A stretch of DNA of 64,000 nucleotides from Acetatifactor sp. (GTDB taxonomy: Bacteria; Bacillota; Clostridia; Lachnospirales; Lachnospiraceae), in contig JAZSII010000034.1 of the NCBI GenBank assembly GCA_045533725.1, positions 2,005-66,004 on the forward strand, given 5' to 3'. Below the pieces are notes generated by a model. It had not been told where the DNA came from, searched no databases, and saw only the letters and a program-made list of their open reading frames with translations. Shown here piece by piece: positions 9,154 to 20,484 of the stretch. The translations under genes and the position numbers were made by a program. Position 1 is the stretch's first letter. Every line of letters starts with the position of its first letter.

Positions 9154-10836
9154 TCAAGTAGCTTTCCAGATTCCTTCGTTTAAAAAAGTCTCCGCCTGCT
9201 TTTGTGCATCTTCGATAATCTCGGAATCATATCCCATAATCTTCAGCAATTGAATTGCATTTCTGGTTGTTGCTCGTCCGGACTGTAATTGATAGTTAAA
9301 TAAGATATCTCCGTCTTTGATTTCTTCTTCAAAATGGAAATTATCATAAAACTCTTCCAACAAATGTGTCAATTCAATATCATGAGTTGCTGCAAAGCAT
9401 TGAATTCTGTCACCATTCATACCCTTTAATATTTGTGTAGATGCGGCAATTCGTTCAACCGTATTAGTTCCTCTTAAAACCTCATCCACAAAACAAAGAA
9501 CAGAAATATTTTTACTCTTATAATTATCTAAAATACGTTTAATAGATTTGATTTCAACAATATAATAACTCTCCTTATTTTCCAAATCATCTCTGAGAGA
9601 CATAGAAGTATATAAACAGGAAAAGTTACCCTTGTATTTATCGGCAGCAACAGTGTATATGGTCTGTGCCAACAATGAATTAATAGCCATCATTTTCAAA
9701 AATGTTGATTTTCCTGACGCATTGGAACCTGTTAACAATACCCCTTTTTTTGCATTGATAGAGTTCTTTACCGGTTTCTCTATCAATGGATGATACCCAT
9801 CTGTAACTTCTATTCCTGATTCATCAAATTCAGGTTTGCAATATCCTTCCGTCAAGGATTCACGAAATAAAGCAATGCTTATTGCAGATTCTATATACCC
9901 CATTTGATAAACAAGCAAATCTACTTGCTGAATGTGTGCAGTTATTTCACGTAACATTCTGTTAAATACAATTAAATCTAAATGAAAAATCATTCTGAAA
10001 TAATCTAAAATAACATCCAGCGGATTTCCGCTCGTTTTACTGTTTCCGCTACTGAAAAGCCAGAAAGAGCCAAAGCCAACCATTTTAAGTGATGATGTAG
10101 ACTCGATTATTTTTTCTTTTTCATGTTCACATGCATCCGGAAGAATATCTTTAACTTTATTTGCTACATTCAACAAACGCATAACATAAGCCAAGCTGAC
10201 GGTATATGGTTCAATCTCACCTTTCTTTTTGTAATAATCAAATATCTGCCAAATAATCCATGCTAATATTAATAAAATCCCTGCAGTAAGGTTTATCCAA
10301 AAAGAAAATATTGCTAAAGGCAAAAACAATATTCTTATTAATTCTTTTTTGTTTGAGTGTATTTCAAGTCCGGTCAAATACCCCATATAATCATACAGAG
10401 AATATTTTCCGGTAGTACCAAGCTCTTTCATCAAAAGCTGGTATTGTACGCGTTCTTCATCATTTGTATTATAATATTCAGTAATATCATCAAAATGAAT
10501 CAACTCATCCTCAGAAAAATTAGGCGTACGATACAGATAATACAATACTTCTTCCCCTGTGGATGACAAACAATAATTGGAACGTTTAAATACTTCATCC
10601 ATATTCAAGTCATTCCATGTAATGTCATCAATCTGAAATTCTTCCTGATGTTTCTCAAAGAAAGCACTAATTCGCAAAAAACGTTCTATCTTATATTCTT
10701 TATCAGGAATTTTTCCCTTTAAAGAATATAACTTTTCTCTGAATTTCTTCAATTCTTTCTTTTCATTCAAATATCCCTGAATAAATACAAATAAAATTAA
10801 ACCCAAAAAAACTGCAAGTAAAATCAATACGTCCAA
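9154..10836 (-). CDS. Membrane-anchored MutS-related ATPase (domain V, no mismatch-binding domain)
   Basis: TM segments; TGSNASGKST, SYYIVE, DEVLRGTN, ATHD. Confidence 0.88.
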   Translation of the reverse strand: MDVLILLAVFLGLILFVFIQGYLNEKKELKKFREKLYSLKGKIPDKEYKIERFLRISAFFEKHQEEFQIDDITWNDLNMDEVFKRSNYCLSSTGEEVLYYLYRTPNFSEDELIHFDDITEYYNTNDEERVQYQLLMKELGTTGKYSLYDYMGYLTGLEIHSNKKELIRILFLPLAIFSFWINLTAGILLILAWIIWQIFDYYKKKGEIEPYTVSLAYVMRLLNVANKVKDILPDACEHEKEKIIESTSSLKMVGFGSFWLFSSGNSKTSGNPLDVILDYFRMIFHLDLIVFNRMLREITAHIQQVDLLVYQMGYIESAISIALFRESLTEGYCKPEFDESGIEVTDGYHPLIEKPVKNSINAKKGVLLTGSNASGKSTFLKMMAINSLLAQTIYTVAADKYKGNFSCLYTSMSLRDDLENKESYYIVEIKSIKRILDNYKSKNISVLCFVDEVLRGTNTVERIAASTQILKGMNGDRIQCFAATHDIELTHLLEEFYDNFHFEEEIKDGDILFNYQLQSGRATTRNAIQLLKIMGYDSEIIEDAQKQAETFLNEGIWKAT

Positions 10837-10902
10837 AATCTAATACCTCTACTAAAAAACAATTTTTCTCTATTTTATTACATGTCAACCTTTTTTGCAA
10901 TG

Positions 10903-10932
10903 AAAAAAGGACAATACCTTGGTACTGTCCCC
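10903..10932 (-). terminator. Intrinsic terminator after NCS2 permease
   Basis: GGACAGTACC/GGTATTGTCC stem then T7 on -. Confidence 0.7.
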
Positions 10933-10955
10933 ATTTCAAAGTTATTTATAACATA

Positions 10956-12329
10956 TTATAAGAAAACATATTTCAAAACAAAAAGAATGGTAAGTATATA
11001 CATTAACAAATTAACTTTTCCTTTTGTTTTGCCTGTAAATACATGAATCAAGGTCCATGAAATAACACCAATTGCTATACCTTCAGAAATACTATACATC
11101 AAAGGCATACAAAGAACACACAAGAATGCCGGAATCGCTTCCAATGCATTTTCCCAGTCAATCTTCATAACAGAAGACATCATATAAAATCCTACTACTA
11201 TTAATGCCGGTGCAGTCGCAAAACCGGGAATTGCTAAGAATAAAGGAGAGAAAATAATAGAAAGTAAAAATAACAAACCTGTAACAACTGCTGTCAAACC
11301 GGTTCTGCCGCCTTCTGTAACTCCGGCTGCACTTTCTACGAAAGTAGTGGTAGTGGAAGTACCAAGCACTGCTCCTGCTGTTGTAGCAACTGCATCTGCC
11401 ATTAAAGCTCCCTTAATTTTGGGCAATTTACCATTTTCATCAAGCATATTTGCTTTTGTAGATACGCCAATCAAAGTTCCTAAAGTATCAAAAATATCCA
11501 CAAAAAGGAATGCAAAAACTATCACAATAAACTCAAATACTTTAATAGATTCAAAATCAGCACTAAATAATTGTCCAAAAGTATTTCCTAATGCTGTGAA
11601 ATCAAAAGAAATAATCTTCTCAGGAATAACTGAGTACATAGCCACATCTTCTGCCGGATTTGGCACATAAATTCCTGTTAATTCACAGATAATACCAAGT
11701 CCCCAGGTCACAATAATTCCCCAAAGTATAGCACCCTTCACATTCTTCACAACCATAATTGCTGTAATAATAACACCGAGTAACGCCAGAATTGCACCAA
11801 TTCCGACAGAATTAAAATTAGTATCAAAACTTTGGTAAGTAACTAAAGTAGAACTATCTACAACAAGTTTTGCATTTTGAAGACCGATAAATGCAATGAA
11901 CAGACCAATGCCGGCACTTACCGCAGCTTTTAATGTTAAAGGAATTGCATTAAAAATTGCTTCACGTATATTGGTTATAGAAAGAATAATAAAAATAATA
12001 CCTTCTACAAATACTGCAAGTAAAGCAATTTTCCACGAATAGCCATATGCATCCGCAGAACATACCGTAAAAGCAAAAAATGCATTTAATCCCATACCGG
12101 GTGCCAGTGCAAACGGGTAATTAGCCATAAATGCCATACACAATGTACCAATAAAGGATGCAATTGCAGTGGCTAACAAAATTGCTGTTTTGTCCATACC
12201 CGATGCCGAAAGAATGTTAGGATTAACAGCAAGGATGTATGCCATAGTCATGAATGTAGTTATTCCGGCCATAACTTCAGTCTTTACATTCGTGTTGTTT
12301 TCCTTCAGTTTGAAAAATTTCTCTAACAT
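10956..12329 (-). CDS. NCS2/AzgA-family purine permease
   Basis: TTFMTMAYILAVNP, APGMGLNAFF, ESAAGVTEGGRTG. Confidence 0.92.
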   Translation of the reverse strand: MLEKFFKLKENNTNVKTEVMAGITTFMTMAYILAVNPNILSASGMDKTAILLATAIASFIGTLCMAFMANYPFALAPGMGLNAFFAFTVCSADAYGYSWKIALLAVFVEGIIFIILSITNIREAIFNAIPLTLKAAVSAGIGLFIAFIGLQNAKLVVDSSTLVTYQSFDTNFNSVGIGAILALLGVIITAIMVVKNVKGAILWGIIVTWGLGIICELTGIYVPNPAEDVAMYSVIPEKIISFDFTALGNTFGQLFSADFESIKVFEFIVIVFAFLFVDIFDTLGTLIGVSTKANMLDENGKLPKIKGALMADAVATTAGAVLGTSTTTTFVESAAGVTEGGRTGLTAVVTGLLFLLSIIFSPLFLAIPGFATAPALIVVGFYMMSSVMKIDWENALEAIPAFLCVLCMPLMYSISEGIAIGVISWTLIHVFTGKTKGKVNLLMYILTILFVLKYVFL

Positions 12330-12388
12330 TTTTTATCCTCCTATGTTATTTTATTCTTTAAAAGGTACCCTCCCCTTATAAAGCATAA

Positions 12389-13690
12389 TTATTTTGCAAT
12401 TAAACGTTCAGCAATCTCTTTACACTGATCGTATATTGCTTCTTTTTTTTCATCAACATAATAATTACCGTTTTCATATAATATTTTACCATGTATCATG
12501 GTCATCTTAACATTCGATTTACTTCCGCTGTAGACAATGTTGTTAACAATATTATGAAAAGGATGCATATTAGGCTGACCTAAATCCAACATGATAATAT
12601 CAGCTTTCTTTCCGCATGCCAAAACATCCGAATCAACAAGTCCCATAACCTGCGCACCACCGACAGTTGCCATTCTTAATATATTATCGGCAGAAACAGA
12701 AGAAGCATCTTTTTCCCGCAAATTACTAAAAACCAATGCAAGAAACATTTCTTTAAACATATCCAGGCTGTTATTGCTGGATGCACTGTCGGTTCCGATA
12801 GCCATCGTAATATTCTTTTCAAAATAGTCTTTTATCGGTGCCATTCCGCTTGCAAGCTTTCCATTGGAAGCAGGATTGGTTACTACAGCTATTCCACGCC
12901 GCTTAAAGACCTCGTAGTCTTCTTCCGTCACATGCACACCGTGGAAAATACCTCCGCCAAAGTCAAATAATCCAAGAGATTCAAAAAATACGGGTGGCGT
13001 CATCCCATAACGCCCTATACATTCCTGTACTTCTTTCTCAGTCTCTGACATATGAGCAAAAATAGGGGCATTATATTTATGAGATAGCTGTGATAAATCC
13101 TCCAACAATGATTTATCGCAAGTGTACTCAGCATGGCATCCCAGTCGGTAAGATATCAAAGGATTTTGCAGATTCCACTTTAAATAATATTCTTCAATTT
13201 CCTTTACGGAAAAAGCAAAATTATTTAATCCACTGACAATTACACATCTCATACCCATATCAATACATGCCTTTGCAACATTGTCAGGATCTAAATACAT
13301 ATCGAAAATACCGGTAATACCTGACGATAAATATTCCAATATAGCAAGCTTTGTGAAATGATATATATCATCTCCCGTAAGCTTAGCTTCTAAAGGAAAA
13401 ATCATCGTCTCAAGCCATTCCTGCAAAGGTAATCCGTCAGCCAACGAACGCATCAAAGTCATGGGCGAATGCGTATGTGCATTCTTAAAACCGGGCATCA
13501 AAAGATTTCCATGACAATCAATCTCCCTATCCCACTCCGGAACCGGAAAATCCGGATTATAAACTTCGTTTATCTCCTCCTGCCCAGCCACATAAATAAT
13601 CTTCTCATTTTTAACCCATACTTCACCAAAGAAAATACTACAATTCTCTTCCATGGTTAATATCCTTGCATTATATAAACGAATATTCAT
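12389..13690 (-). CDS. Amidohydrolase (MTA/SAH deaminase-like)
   Basis: PGFKNAHTH, HAEY, HMSET, GTDSASSNN; nucleoside salvage context. Confidence 0.8.
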   Translation of the reverse strand: MNIRLYNARILTMEENCSIFFGEVWVKNEKIIYVAGQEEINEVYNPDFPVPEWDREIDCHGNLLMPGFKNAHTHSPMTLMRSLADGLPLQEWLETMIFPLEAKLTGDDIYHFTKLAILEYLSSGITGIFDMYLDPDNVAKACIDMGMRCVIVSGLNNFAFSVKEIEEYYLKWNLQNPLISYRLGCHAEYTCDKSLLEDLSQLSHKYNAPIFAHMSETEKEVQECIGRYGMTPPVFFESLGLFDFGGGIFHGVHVTEEDYEVFKRRGIAVVTNPASNGKLASGMAPIKDYFEKNITMAIGTDSASSNNSLDMFKEMFLALVFSNLREKDASSVSADNILRMATVGGAQVMGLVDSDVLACGKKADIIMLDLGQPNMHPFHNIVNNIVYSGSKSNVKMTMIHGKILYENGNYYVDEKKEAIYDQCKEIAERLIAK

Positions 13691-13709
13691 AAAAATCTCC
13701 TGCGTTCAA

Positions 13710-14144
13710 TTAGGACAGCTTACCACCAAAGCCGTACGGTAATAAATCTGCCAACAAAAATGACTGATACTCATTTACAGATTTAGCAACAATGATTTCA
13801 AAATCATTCTCGCAAAACTCTTTCATTACCTGTCTGCAAACCCCACAGGGAAATGCATAATCCGGAAAGCTCGTATTATCATTATCACCCGCATTTCCTC
13901 CCACAATGGCTATGGCCTGAAATTCTGTGATTCCTTCACTCACTGCTTTAAAAAAAGCTGTTCTTTCCGCACAATTCGTAACACCATATGACGCATTTTC
14001 AACATTACAACCTGTAATTACTTGTCCATCTGCTGATAAAAGTGCCGCACCAACCTTATACTTTGAATAAGGCGAATATGCCTTTTCTCTTGCTTTTATT
14101 GCATGTTCAATTAATGCTATTGCTTTTGTTTCACATATACCCAT
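13710..14144 (-). CDS. cdd: Cytidine deaminase
   Basis: NVENASY, CAERTA, PCGVCRQ. Confidence 0.93.
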   Translation of the reverse strand: MGICETKAIALIEHAIKAREKAYSPYSKYKVGAALLSADGQVITGCNVENASYGVTNCAERTAFFKAVSEGITEFQAIAIVGGNAGDNDNTSFPDYAFPCGVCRQVMKEFCENDFEIIVAKSVNEYQSFLLADLLPYGFGGKLS

Positions 14145-14151
14145 AAAACAC

Positions 14152-14982
14152 CTACATATTCATAAATTTCTTAACAGATTCCGTTACAAGCTTTTGGAAG
14201 GACTTTGCTGCTTTATCCGCAGTTTCCTGCACTTCTTTATGATCTAAAGGTTGCTTCAAAATACCTGCCGCCATATTGGTAATGCACGAAATACCACAGA
14301 TTTTCATGCCCATATGATTCGCGGCTATCGCTTCGGGAACAGTACTCATTCCGACTGCATCCGCACCTAAAATACGTAACATTCTGATATCAGCAGGTGA
14401 TTCATAAGAAGGTCCTGTCAAATAAGTATATACGCCTTCTTGAATTGCTATTTGATTTTCCTCAGCTGTGTTTTTGATTATTTCTTGTAAATCAGAATCA
14501 TATACATTACTCATATCCGGAAAACGCTTACCTAATTCATCTACGTTCGATCCTAACAAGGGATTCGGCGTAAAGCATGCGATATGATCCGTAATCATCA
14601 TTAAATCACCTGCATGGAAGGATGTGTTTACCCCTCCTGCCGCATTTGTTAAAAAGAGAATTTCTGCTCCCATAAGCTTCATCAGACGAATAGGCAAAAC
14701 AACATCAGTCATAGAATAACCTTCATAATAATGAACGCGTCCTTTCATGCATACAACAGGCACATTTTCTACATAACCAAATACAAATTTACCCGCATGT
14801 CCCGGAACAGTAGAAACCGGGAAATCATCTATTTCGTTATATGGCAATTCTGCGACAACCTCAATTTTATCGGCATAATCACCCAACCCGGATCCCAAAA
14901 TAATAGCCACCTTCGGTACAAAATCAATTTTGGAACGAACACTTTCAAAACAATGCATCAATTTATCATAAACAATACCCAT
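14152..14982 (-). CDS. punA: Purine-nucleoside phosphorylase (trimeric type)
   Basis: LGSGLG, GRVHYYEG, GPSYE, VGMSTVPE; start moved to MGIVY after AGGAG. Confidence 0.92.
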   Translation of the reverse strand: MGIVYDKLMHCFESVRSKIDFVPKVAIILGSGLGDYADKIEVVAELPYNEIDDFPVSTVPGHAGKFVFGYVENVPVVCMKGRVHYYEGYSMTDVVLPIRLMKLMGAEILFLTNAAGGVNTSFHAGDLMMITDHIACFTPNPLLGSNVDELGKRFPDMSNVYDSDLQEIIKNTAEENQIAIQEGVYTYLTGPSYESPADIRMLRILGADAVGMSTVPEAIAANHMGMKICGISCITNMAAGILKQPLDHKEVQETADKAAKSFQKLVTESVKKFMNM

Positions 14983-15072
14983 ATGCCTTCTCCTATTCTG
15001 TGATAAAATTAGTATTTCCATTAAATTAATAAAACAATTATACAAAAATATCATTATTTTTGCAATAATTTA

Positions 15073-15110
15073 ATAACTGTTCAAAGCTAAAATCAGCCTT
15101 GAACAGTTAC
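15073..15110 (-). terminator. Stem-loop terminator after spoIVA
   Basis: TAACTGTTCAA/TTGAACAGTTA inverted repeat next to stop codon. Confidence 0.6.
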
Positions 15111-15113
15111 TTT

Positions 15114-16601
15114 TTAAATAATAATACAAATCATTCCGCCATTACCGTCATTCACAACCTTTTGCATGGTATCCTGTAATTTCAATTGGCACTCTTCTCC
15201 GATAGAAGCAGTCTTTACTGCAATTCCGTCATTTACCAGTTGCTCTACTGTCTTTCCGAAAATATTTGTATCCCAGATTCCGTTCTCTGTCGATTCATTT
15301 TCATTGATATATCTTATTAAATCCTGTGCTTGTTGTTCAGTGCCCACAATTGGTGCTATTTCAGTTTCAATATTGGCCTTAATCATATGAATGGAAGGAC
15401 TGACTGCCTTGATTTTTACTCCAAATTTATTTCCGTGTCGAATCACTTCAGGTTTATTGAGAATAATTTCAGTTCTGTCAGGTTTAACAACACCATATCC
15501 CTTATTTCTAACAGAAGTAATTGCATCTGATACTTTTGTATATTCTGATTTCATATTTGAAAAGCTTCTTAATTTCTCTAATAGCTGATATTCATCGGTA
15601 ATCGTTTCTCCTACCATTTCAGAAACCATTTTATAATAATATGAATCATCAACCCCCAGCCAGATTCTGACAACACCCTTAGCCATATCCAGTTCCTCCG
15701 TCTTGGATTCCTGTACAAAATCACTTGATAGATTCATACTTTTTTCCTTAATATCACGAATTGTGACATAATCATTCATTGTGGATTTTACTTTTTCAAT
15801 GATGTCTTTTTTCAGTTCGTTATTATCATCCAGCATATCAATCCACTTAGGCATATAAAAATCCATTTCCGAAATAGGAAATTCATTTAAAATATTTTCC
15901 AGAATAGTATCAATATCTTCTTTTTTTATTTGCGCACAGTTTACCGGAATAACCGTTGTGTCATATTTTTCCTTCAGCTGTATTGCAAGTTTTCTGGTCT
16001 CATCCGAATATGGTTTACTACTGTTTAACAGCACCAAGAAGGGTTTATGTATTTTCTTTAAAGCATATATTGTTTTTTCTTCTGCCGGAATATAGTTTTC
16101 TCTTGGAATTTCTCCGAAACTGCCGTCCGTCAATATAACAAGTCCTATCGTAGAATGGTCATTCATCACTTTATCTGTACCTATTTCCGCAGCCTGTGTA
16201 AAGGGAATTTCCTTTTCAAACCATGGTGTCTTTACCATACGTTCCGAATCTTCCTCCATATGACCGGCAGCGCCATCTACCATGTATCCGACACAGTCAA
16301 TTAATCTGACTTTAACATCAATGCCCTCTTGAAGTGTAATCTCTGCTGCTTGTTGCGGTATGAATTTGGGTTCCGTGGTTGTAATTGTTTTTCCTCCTGC
16401 ACTTTGAGGCAATTCATCCATGGCACGCTTCTTTGCATGTTCATCCGCCATATACGGCAAGACGCTTTCGTCCATAAATCTTTTAATAAATGTAGATTTG
16501 CCTGTTCTCACCGGACCTAATACACCGATATATATTTCACCGCTACATCTCTCCTGTATATCACGATATAATTCATATGTATCAACATTTGTTTTTCCCA
16601 T
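15114..16601 (-). CDS. spoIVA: Stage IV sporulation protein A
   Basis: GPVRTGKSTFIKRFM, TTEPKFIP, C-terminal GGMICIII; start moved to MGKTN after GGAGG. Confidence 0.95.
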   Translation of the reverse strand: MGKTNVDTYELYRDIQERCSGEIYIGVLGPVRTGKSTFIKRFMDESVLPYMADEHAKKRAMDELPQSAGGKTITTTEPKFIPQQAAEITLQEGIDVKVRLIDCVGYMVDGAAGHMEEDSERMVKTPWFEKEIPFTQAAEIGTDKVMNDHSTIGLVILTDGSFGEIPRENYIPAEEKTIYALKKIHKPFLVLLNSSKPYSDETRKLAIQLKEKYDTTVIPVNCAQIKKEDIDTILENILNEFPISEMDFYMPKWIDMLDDNNELKKDIIEKVKSTMNDYVTIRDIKEKSMNLSSDFVQESKTEELDMAKGVVRIWLGVDDSYYYKMVSEMVGETITDEYQLLEKLRSFSNMKSEYTKVSDAITSVRNKGYGVVKPDRTEIILNKPEVIRHGNKFGVKIKAVSPSIHMIKANIETEIAPIVGTEQQAQDLIRYINENESTENGIWDTNIFGKTVEQLVNDGIAVKTASIGEECQLKLQDTMQKVVNDGNGGMICIII

Positions 16602-16661
16602 AAAAAGACCTCCTGCATTACTGTTAAAAGTATATGCAAGAGGTTTTTTAATCATTACACC

Positions 16662-17882
16662 TTAAAGTACAATCTTTTTAAAACTCTTTTTACCACGTTT
16701 TACAACTTTACCTTCTCCGGCAAAATCATCTTTGGTATATACAGTTTTGATATCGGTTACCTTTTCTCCGTCTACGGTAACACCGCCCTGTTCAATGGCA
16801 CGTCTTGCTTCAGATCGGGTAGCACATAAACCTGCTGATGCTACAACACCAATAATATCAATAGAACCATCACGGAAGTCTTCATCCTTTAATTCATAGG
16901 TAGGCATATTTTCTGCATTACCTGCGCTGAAAAGGGCTTTTGAAGCTTCTTTTGCTTTGCTTGCCTCTTCTTCACCGTGAACAAGCTTGGTAAGTTCATA
17001 TGCAAGAATTTCCTTTGCTTCGTTAAGCTGGCTGCCTTCCCAACTATCCATTTTTTCAATCTCCTCCAAAGGAAGGAATGTCAACATACGAATACATTTC
17101 AGTACATCTGCATCAGCAACATTTCTCCAGTACTGGAAAAATTCAAAAGGAGTTGTCTTGTTAGGATCAAGCCATACAGCACCCTTCTGTGTTTTTCCCA
17201 TCTTCTTTCCTTCTGAATTTAAAAGTAAAGTAATGGTCATTGCATACGCATCCTTACCCAATTTACGACGAATCAGTTCTGTTCCGCCAAGCATATTTGA
17301 CCACTGGTCATCTCCTCCGAACTGCATATTGCAACCGTAATCTTGGAACAATTTGTAGAAATCGTAACTCTGCATAATCATATAGTTAAACTCAAGGAAG
17401 CTTAACCCCTTCTCCATACGCTGCTTGTAGCACTCTGCGGTAAGCATACGGTTTACAGAGAAATGCGCACCCACTTCACGAAGTACATCTACATAATTCA
17501 AATCCAAAAGCCAGTCAGCATTATTTAACAAAAGAGCTTTGCCTACTGAGAAATCAATAAACTTACTCATCTGCTCTTTAAAGCAGGCAACATTGTGGTC
17601 TATGGTCTCCCTTGTCATCATAGAACGCATATCCGTACGTCCGGAAGGGTCACCGATCATAGCTGTACCGCCACCGATTACAGCAATGGGCTTATTTCCA
17701 GCCATCTGTAATCTCTTCATCAGGCAAAGTGCCATAAAATGACCTACATGCAAACTGTCTGCAGTAGGATCGAAACCAATGTAGAAGGTTGCCTTACCAT
17801 TGTTAATCATTTCTTTGATTTCTTCTTCATCTGTTAACTGTGCAAGAAGTCCTCTTGCTTTCAACTCGTCAAAAATTGTCAT
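16662..17882 (-). CDS. tyrS: Tyrosine--tRNA ligase
   Basis: [25 protein letters not shown]-terminal S4 domain. Confidence 0.97.
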   Translation of the reverse strand: MTIFDELKARGLLAQLTDEEEIKEMINNGKATFYIGFDPTADSLHVGHFMALCLMKRLQMAGNKPIAVIGGGTAMIGDPSGRTDMRSMMTRETIDHNVACFKEQMSKFIDFSVGKALLLNNADWLLDLNYVDVLREVGAHFSVNRMLTAECYKQRMEKGLSFLEFNYMIMQSYDFYKLFQDYGCNMQFGGDDQWSNMLGGTELIRRKLGKDAYAMTITLLLNSEGKKMGKTQKGAVWLDPNKTTPFEFFQYWRNVADADVLKCIRMLTFLPLEEIEKMDSWEGSQLNEAKEILAYELTKLVHGEEEASKAKEASKALFSAGNAENMPTYELKDEDFRDGSIDIIGVVASAGLCATRSEARRAIEQGGVTVDGEKVTDIKTVYTKDDFAGEGKVVKRGKKSFKKIVL

Positions 17883-17937
17883 GTTTATCCTCTCCTTTTC
17901 TGTAAAATACTCGTAGCATAGCTGCTCGTTGATGGGA

Positions 17938-18212
17938 CAAAAAAATCGTCCTTTTGAAATATTTCAAAAGGACGATATCTAATCGTGTTACCACCTAATG
18001 TTCCCATGTTGTTCACACAAACACGGCTCAGCAAGTATCTAACAATACTCCGGCAAATATCGGTGCCTACCGGTAATCTCTACTGAGTGTCTGTTACACC
18101 GTTCCAAATTACTGCTCTGAGATGTACTTCCCATTATCAGTTTCCGCGCCTCTCACCAACCGGCAACTCTCTGTTGAATCCTTAATAACGGTACTCTTCT
18201 CTTCAACGCGTT
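17938..18212 (-). promoter_or_regulatory. T-box riboswitch with Tyr (UAC) specifier
   Basis: Stem I with AGAGA and GGTGAG motifs, GAAG-TAC specifier (18124-18126), AGGTGGTAACACG T-box (17984-17996), terminator ATCGTCCTTTTGAAAT/ATTTCAAAAGGACGAT+T7. Confidence 0.92.
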
Positions 18213-18238
18213 ATTTTATTCTGTTGCAACTTATTTGC

Positions 18239-18267
18239 ATTATACAAAGGCAAAATCACTTTGTCAA
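18239..18267 (-). promoter_or_regulatory. Sigma-A promoter of tyrS leader
   Basis: TTGACA-17nt-TATAAT consensus. Confidence 0.85.
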
Positions 18268-19470
18268 CTATTTATTTACCATCAACTTCACCATAGCCCG
18301 GTTTAATCCATCCACGGTCAGCTTATACATGGGGAAAATTTCCTTTACGGCAGTCTCTGCTTCTCTCCAGGGTGCATGTCCCGGTGCCATCTTAGGATTC
18401 AACCAAACTACTTTCTTGTATTTACGTTTCAAAAGCTGTAGCCAGTCGTAACCTGATAATCCCCCGTTTGGTCCGCGATAGTTGCCAGTTGTAGAATATA
18501 ACTCTTCCGGAGCCATAGCAGCATCACCTACAATAATGACTTTATAGTCACTACCAATATTTCTGAATACCCATTCCGTATCGACCCAGTCACCATTTTC
18601 ACATTCCGGAGTCTTATAAAGCTTGCTATAAATACAGTTGTGGAAATAATATGTTTTAACATCTTTATAATGATTGGACTTGTGCACAGCCTGAAACAAA
18701 TCATTCAACATACTGCTGAAAGGAATCATGGTTCCGCCCGAATCCATAAGAAGCAATAACTTAACTGCATTCTTTCTGGGTTTCTTCATAACAATCTGCA
18801 GGCAACCGCCATTATTACAGGTTTTATCTACGGTACCGTCAATATCAAGCTCTCATGCCGGAATATCCAATCTGGACGAAAACTGTCTTAGTTTACGAAA
18901 GGCCATCTGAAATTGTCTGTTATCCAGTACTCTGTCATCTCTAAAATCACGGTATTTTCTTGCACCTACCACTGAAAATGCAGATTGATATCCTGTCTTC
19001 CCCCCAACACGGACACCACCTACATTACCACCGGTATTTCCGAAAGAAGTTTTACCCATGGTACCAATCCAGTAGCTTCCGCCATTGTGCTCGCTGTCTT
19101 GGTCTTTCAGACGTTGGCGGAACTTCTCTTCTACATCTTCCTTATCCACCATTACATCTTCCACCTGATTTAAATGATGACGAGCCTCTTCATGTGCCAT
19201 TTCCATCATTTCAGACTTGTCCAGCCAACGAAGCATTTGGGCACCAACCTCTGTTTCTCGTTGAACTGCCTTAAATGTTTCTTCGAATGCCATATCAAAT
19301 TTATCAAAATCAGTTTCACTTTTCACCAAAATCATACGTGCCACATAATAAAACTGGGTTAGGGAGCTACCGCACAAATCCTTATCCAATGCTTCCTGTA
19401 AGGTCAGCCACTCTCCCAAAGTCACACGAAGCCCCTTTGCTCTAAGTGAATGAAAAAACTTTGTAAACAT
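18268..19470 (-). pseudogene. CoxE-like vWA protein interrupted by one in-frame TGA (18853-18855)
   Basis: ORFs 18853-19470 and 18268-18789 share a frame: ...RLDIPA*ELDIDGTVDKTCNNGG...LLLMDSGGTM; joined length 400 aa; downstream of MoxR. Confidence 0.8.
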
Positions 19471-19486
19471 ATTGTTTCACCTATCT

Positions 19487-20302
19487 TTAAAGAAGTCCTG
19501 TTGATTTTCTAACCACTTCCAAGTCTTCATCTTTCTTAACAACAACACCTATAAACGGCAATGCAGACTTAATAGTGTTTGTTGGAATACCACCTATCTG
19601 TAAGGCATTAATCCAGTCGATAAGCTCTGACGTACTGGGTTTCTTACGAATATCTCGAATAGTACGGATATTATAAAATACATCCATGGCATTCTTTAAA
19701 AGATTCTCTTCCACATTAGGGAAATGCACCTTTACAATTTCCTCCATAAGATCTTTATCCGGGAAATCAATGTAATGGAAAATACAACGACGCAAGAATG
19801 CATCCGGAAGCTCTTTCTCTGCATTGGAAGTAATAATTACAATAGGTCTGTGTTTTGCCTTAACAGTTTCCTTGGTTTCATTAATATAAAACTCCATTTG
19901 GTCAAGCTCCCACAAAAGGTCATTTGGGAATTCCAAATCAGCTTTATCGATTTCATCAATTAAAAGCACAACCTGCTCTTCGCTTGAAAAAGCTTCACCG
20001 AGTTTACCCAATTTAATGTATCTGGATATATCATCAACACCTTCCTCACCGAACTGTCCGTCGTACAAACGTTGAATGGTATCATATACATACAGACCTT
20101 CCTGTGCCTTTGTAGTAGACTTAATATTCCAAATCAGCAATTTTTTGCCCAAGGATTTTGCTACAGCTTCCGCTAACATTGTTTTACCGGTCCCCGGTTC
20201 CCCTTTTATCAGAAGAGGTTTCTTCAATGCAATAGCAATATTAACACTTGACATCAGTTGTTCACTTGCAACATATTCCTGTGTTCCCTGAAAAGTACTC
20301 AT
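19487..20302 (-). CDS. MoxR-family AAA+ ATPase
   Basis: GEPGTGKT, LLIDEIDKA, TSNAEKELPDAFLRRC, KKPSTSEL. Confidence 0.92.
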   Translation of the reverse strand: MSTFQGTQEYVASEQLMSSVNIAIALKKPLLIKGEPGTGKTMLAEAVAKSLGKKLLIWNIKSTTKAQEGLYVYDTIQRLYDGQFGEEGVDDISRYIKLGKLGEAFSSEEQVVLLIDEIDKADLEFPNDLLWELDQMEFYINETKETVKAKHRPIVIITSNAEKELPDAFLRRCIFHYIDFPDKDLMEEIVKVHFPNVEENLLKNAMDVFYNIRTIRDIRKKPSTSELIDWINALQIGGIPTNTIKSALPFIGVVVKKDEDLEVVRKSTGLL

Positions 20303-20484
20303 ATATCCTCTCATTCCGCCTAATATTCGGCATAAAATATTTTAATAGATAGTTTATTTTCCTATCAATATTGGCTTCTTTGCATTACCACGCTAAAATA
20401 ATTCTTGCTTATATATATTTAGTATGTTACGATATTTCCTAACGAAAAGCAAGTTTTAAAGTAATTTCCATAGGAGGATTTCTT

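Noticed and set aside
18853-18855. Selenocysteine or genome-wide UGA recoding
   Set aside because: TGA ends several ordinary genes here, the site is not in a redox motif, and no convincing SECIS follows.
20315-20484. SAM riboswitch or Met T-box upstream of metF
   Set aside because: Region is short, AT-rich and lacks the motifs; the GATAG/CTATC repeat could not be assigned to a regulator.
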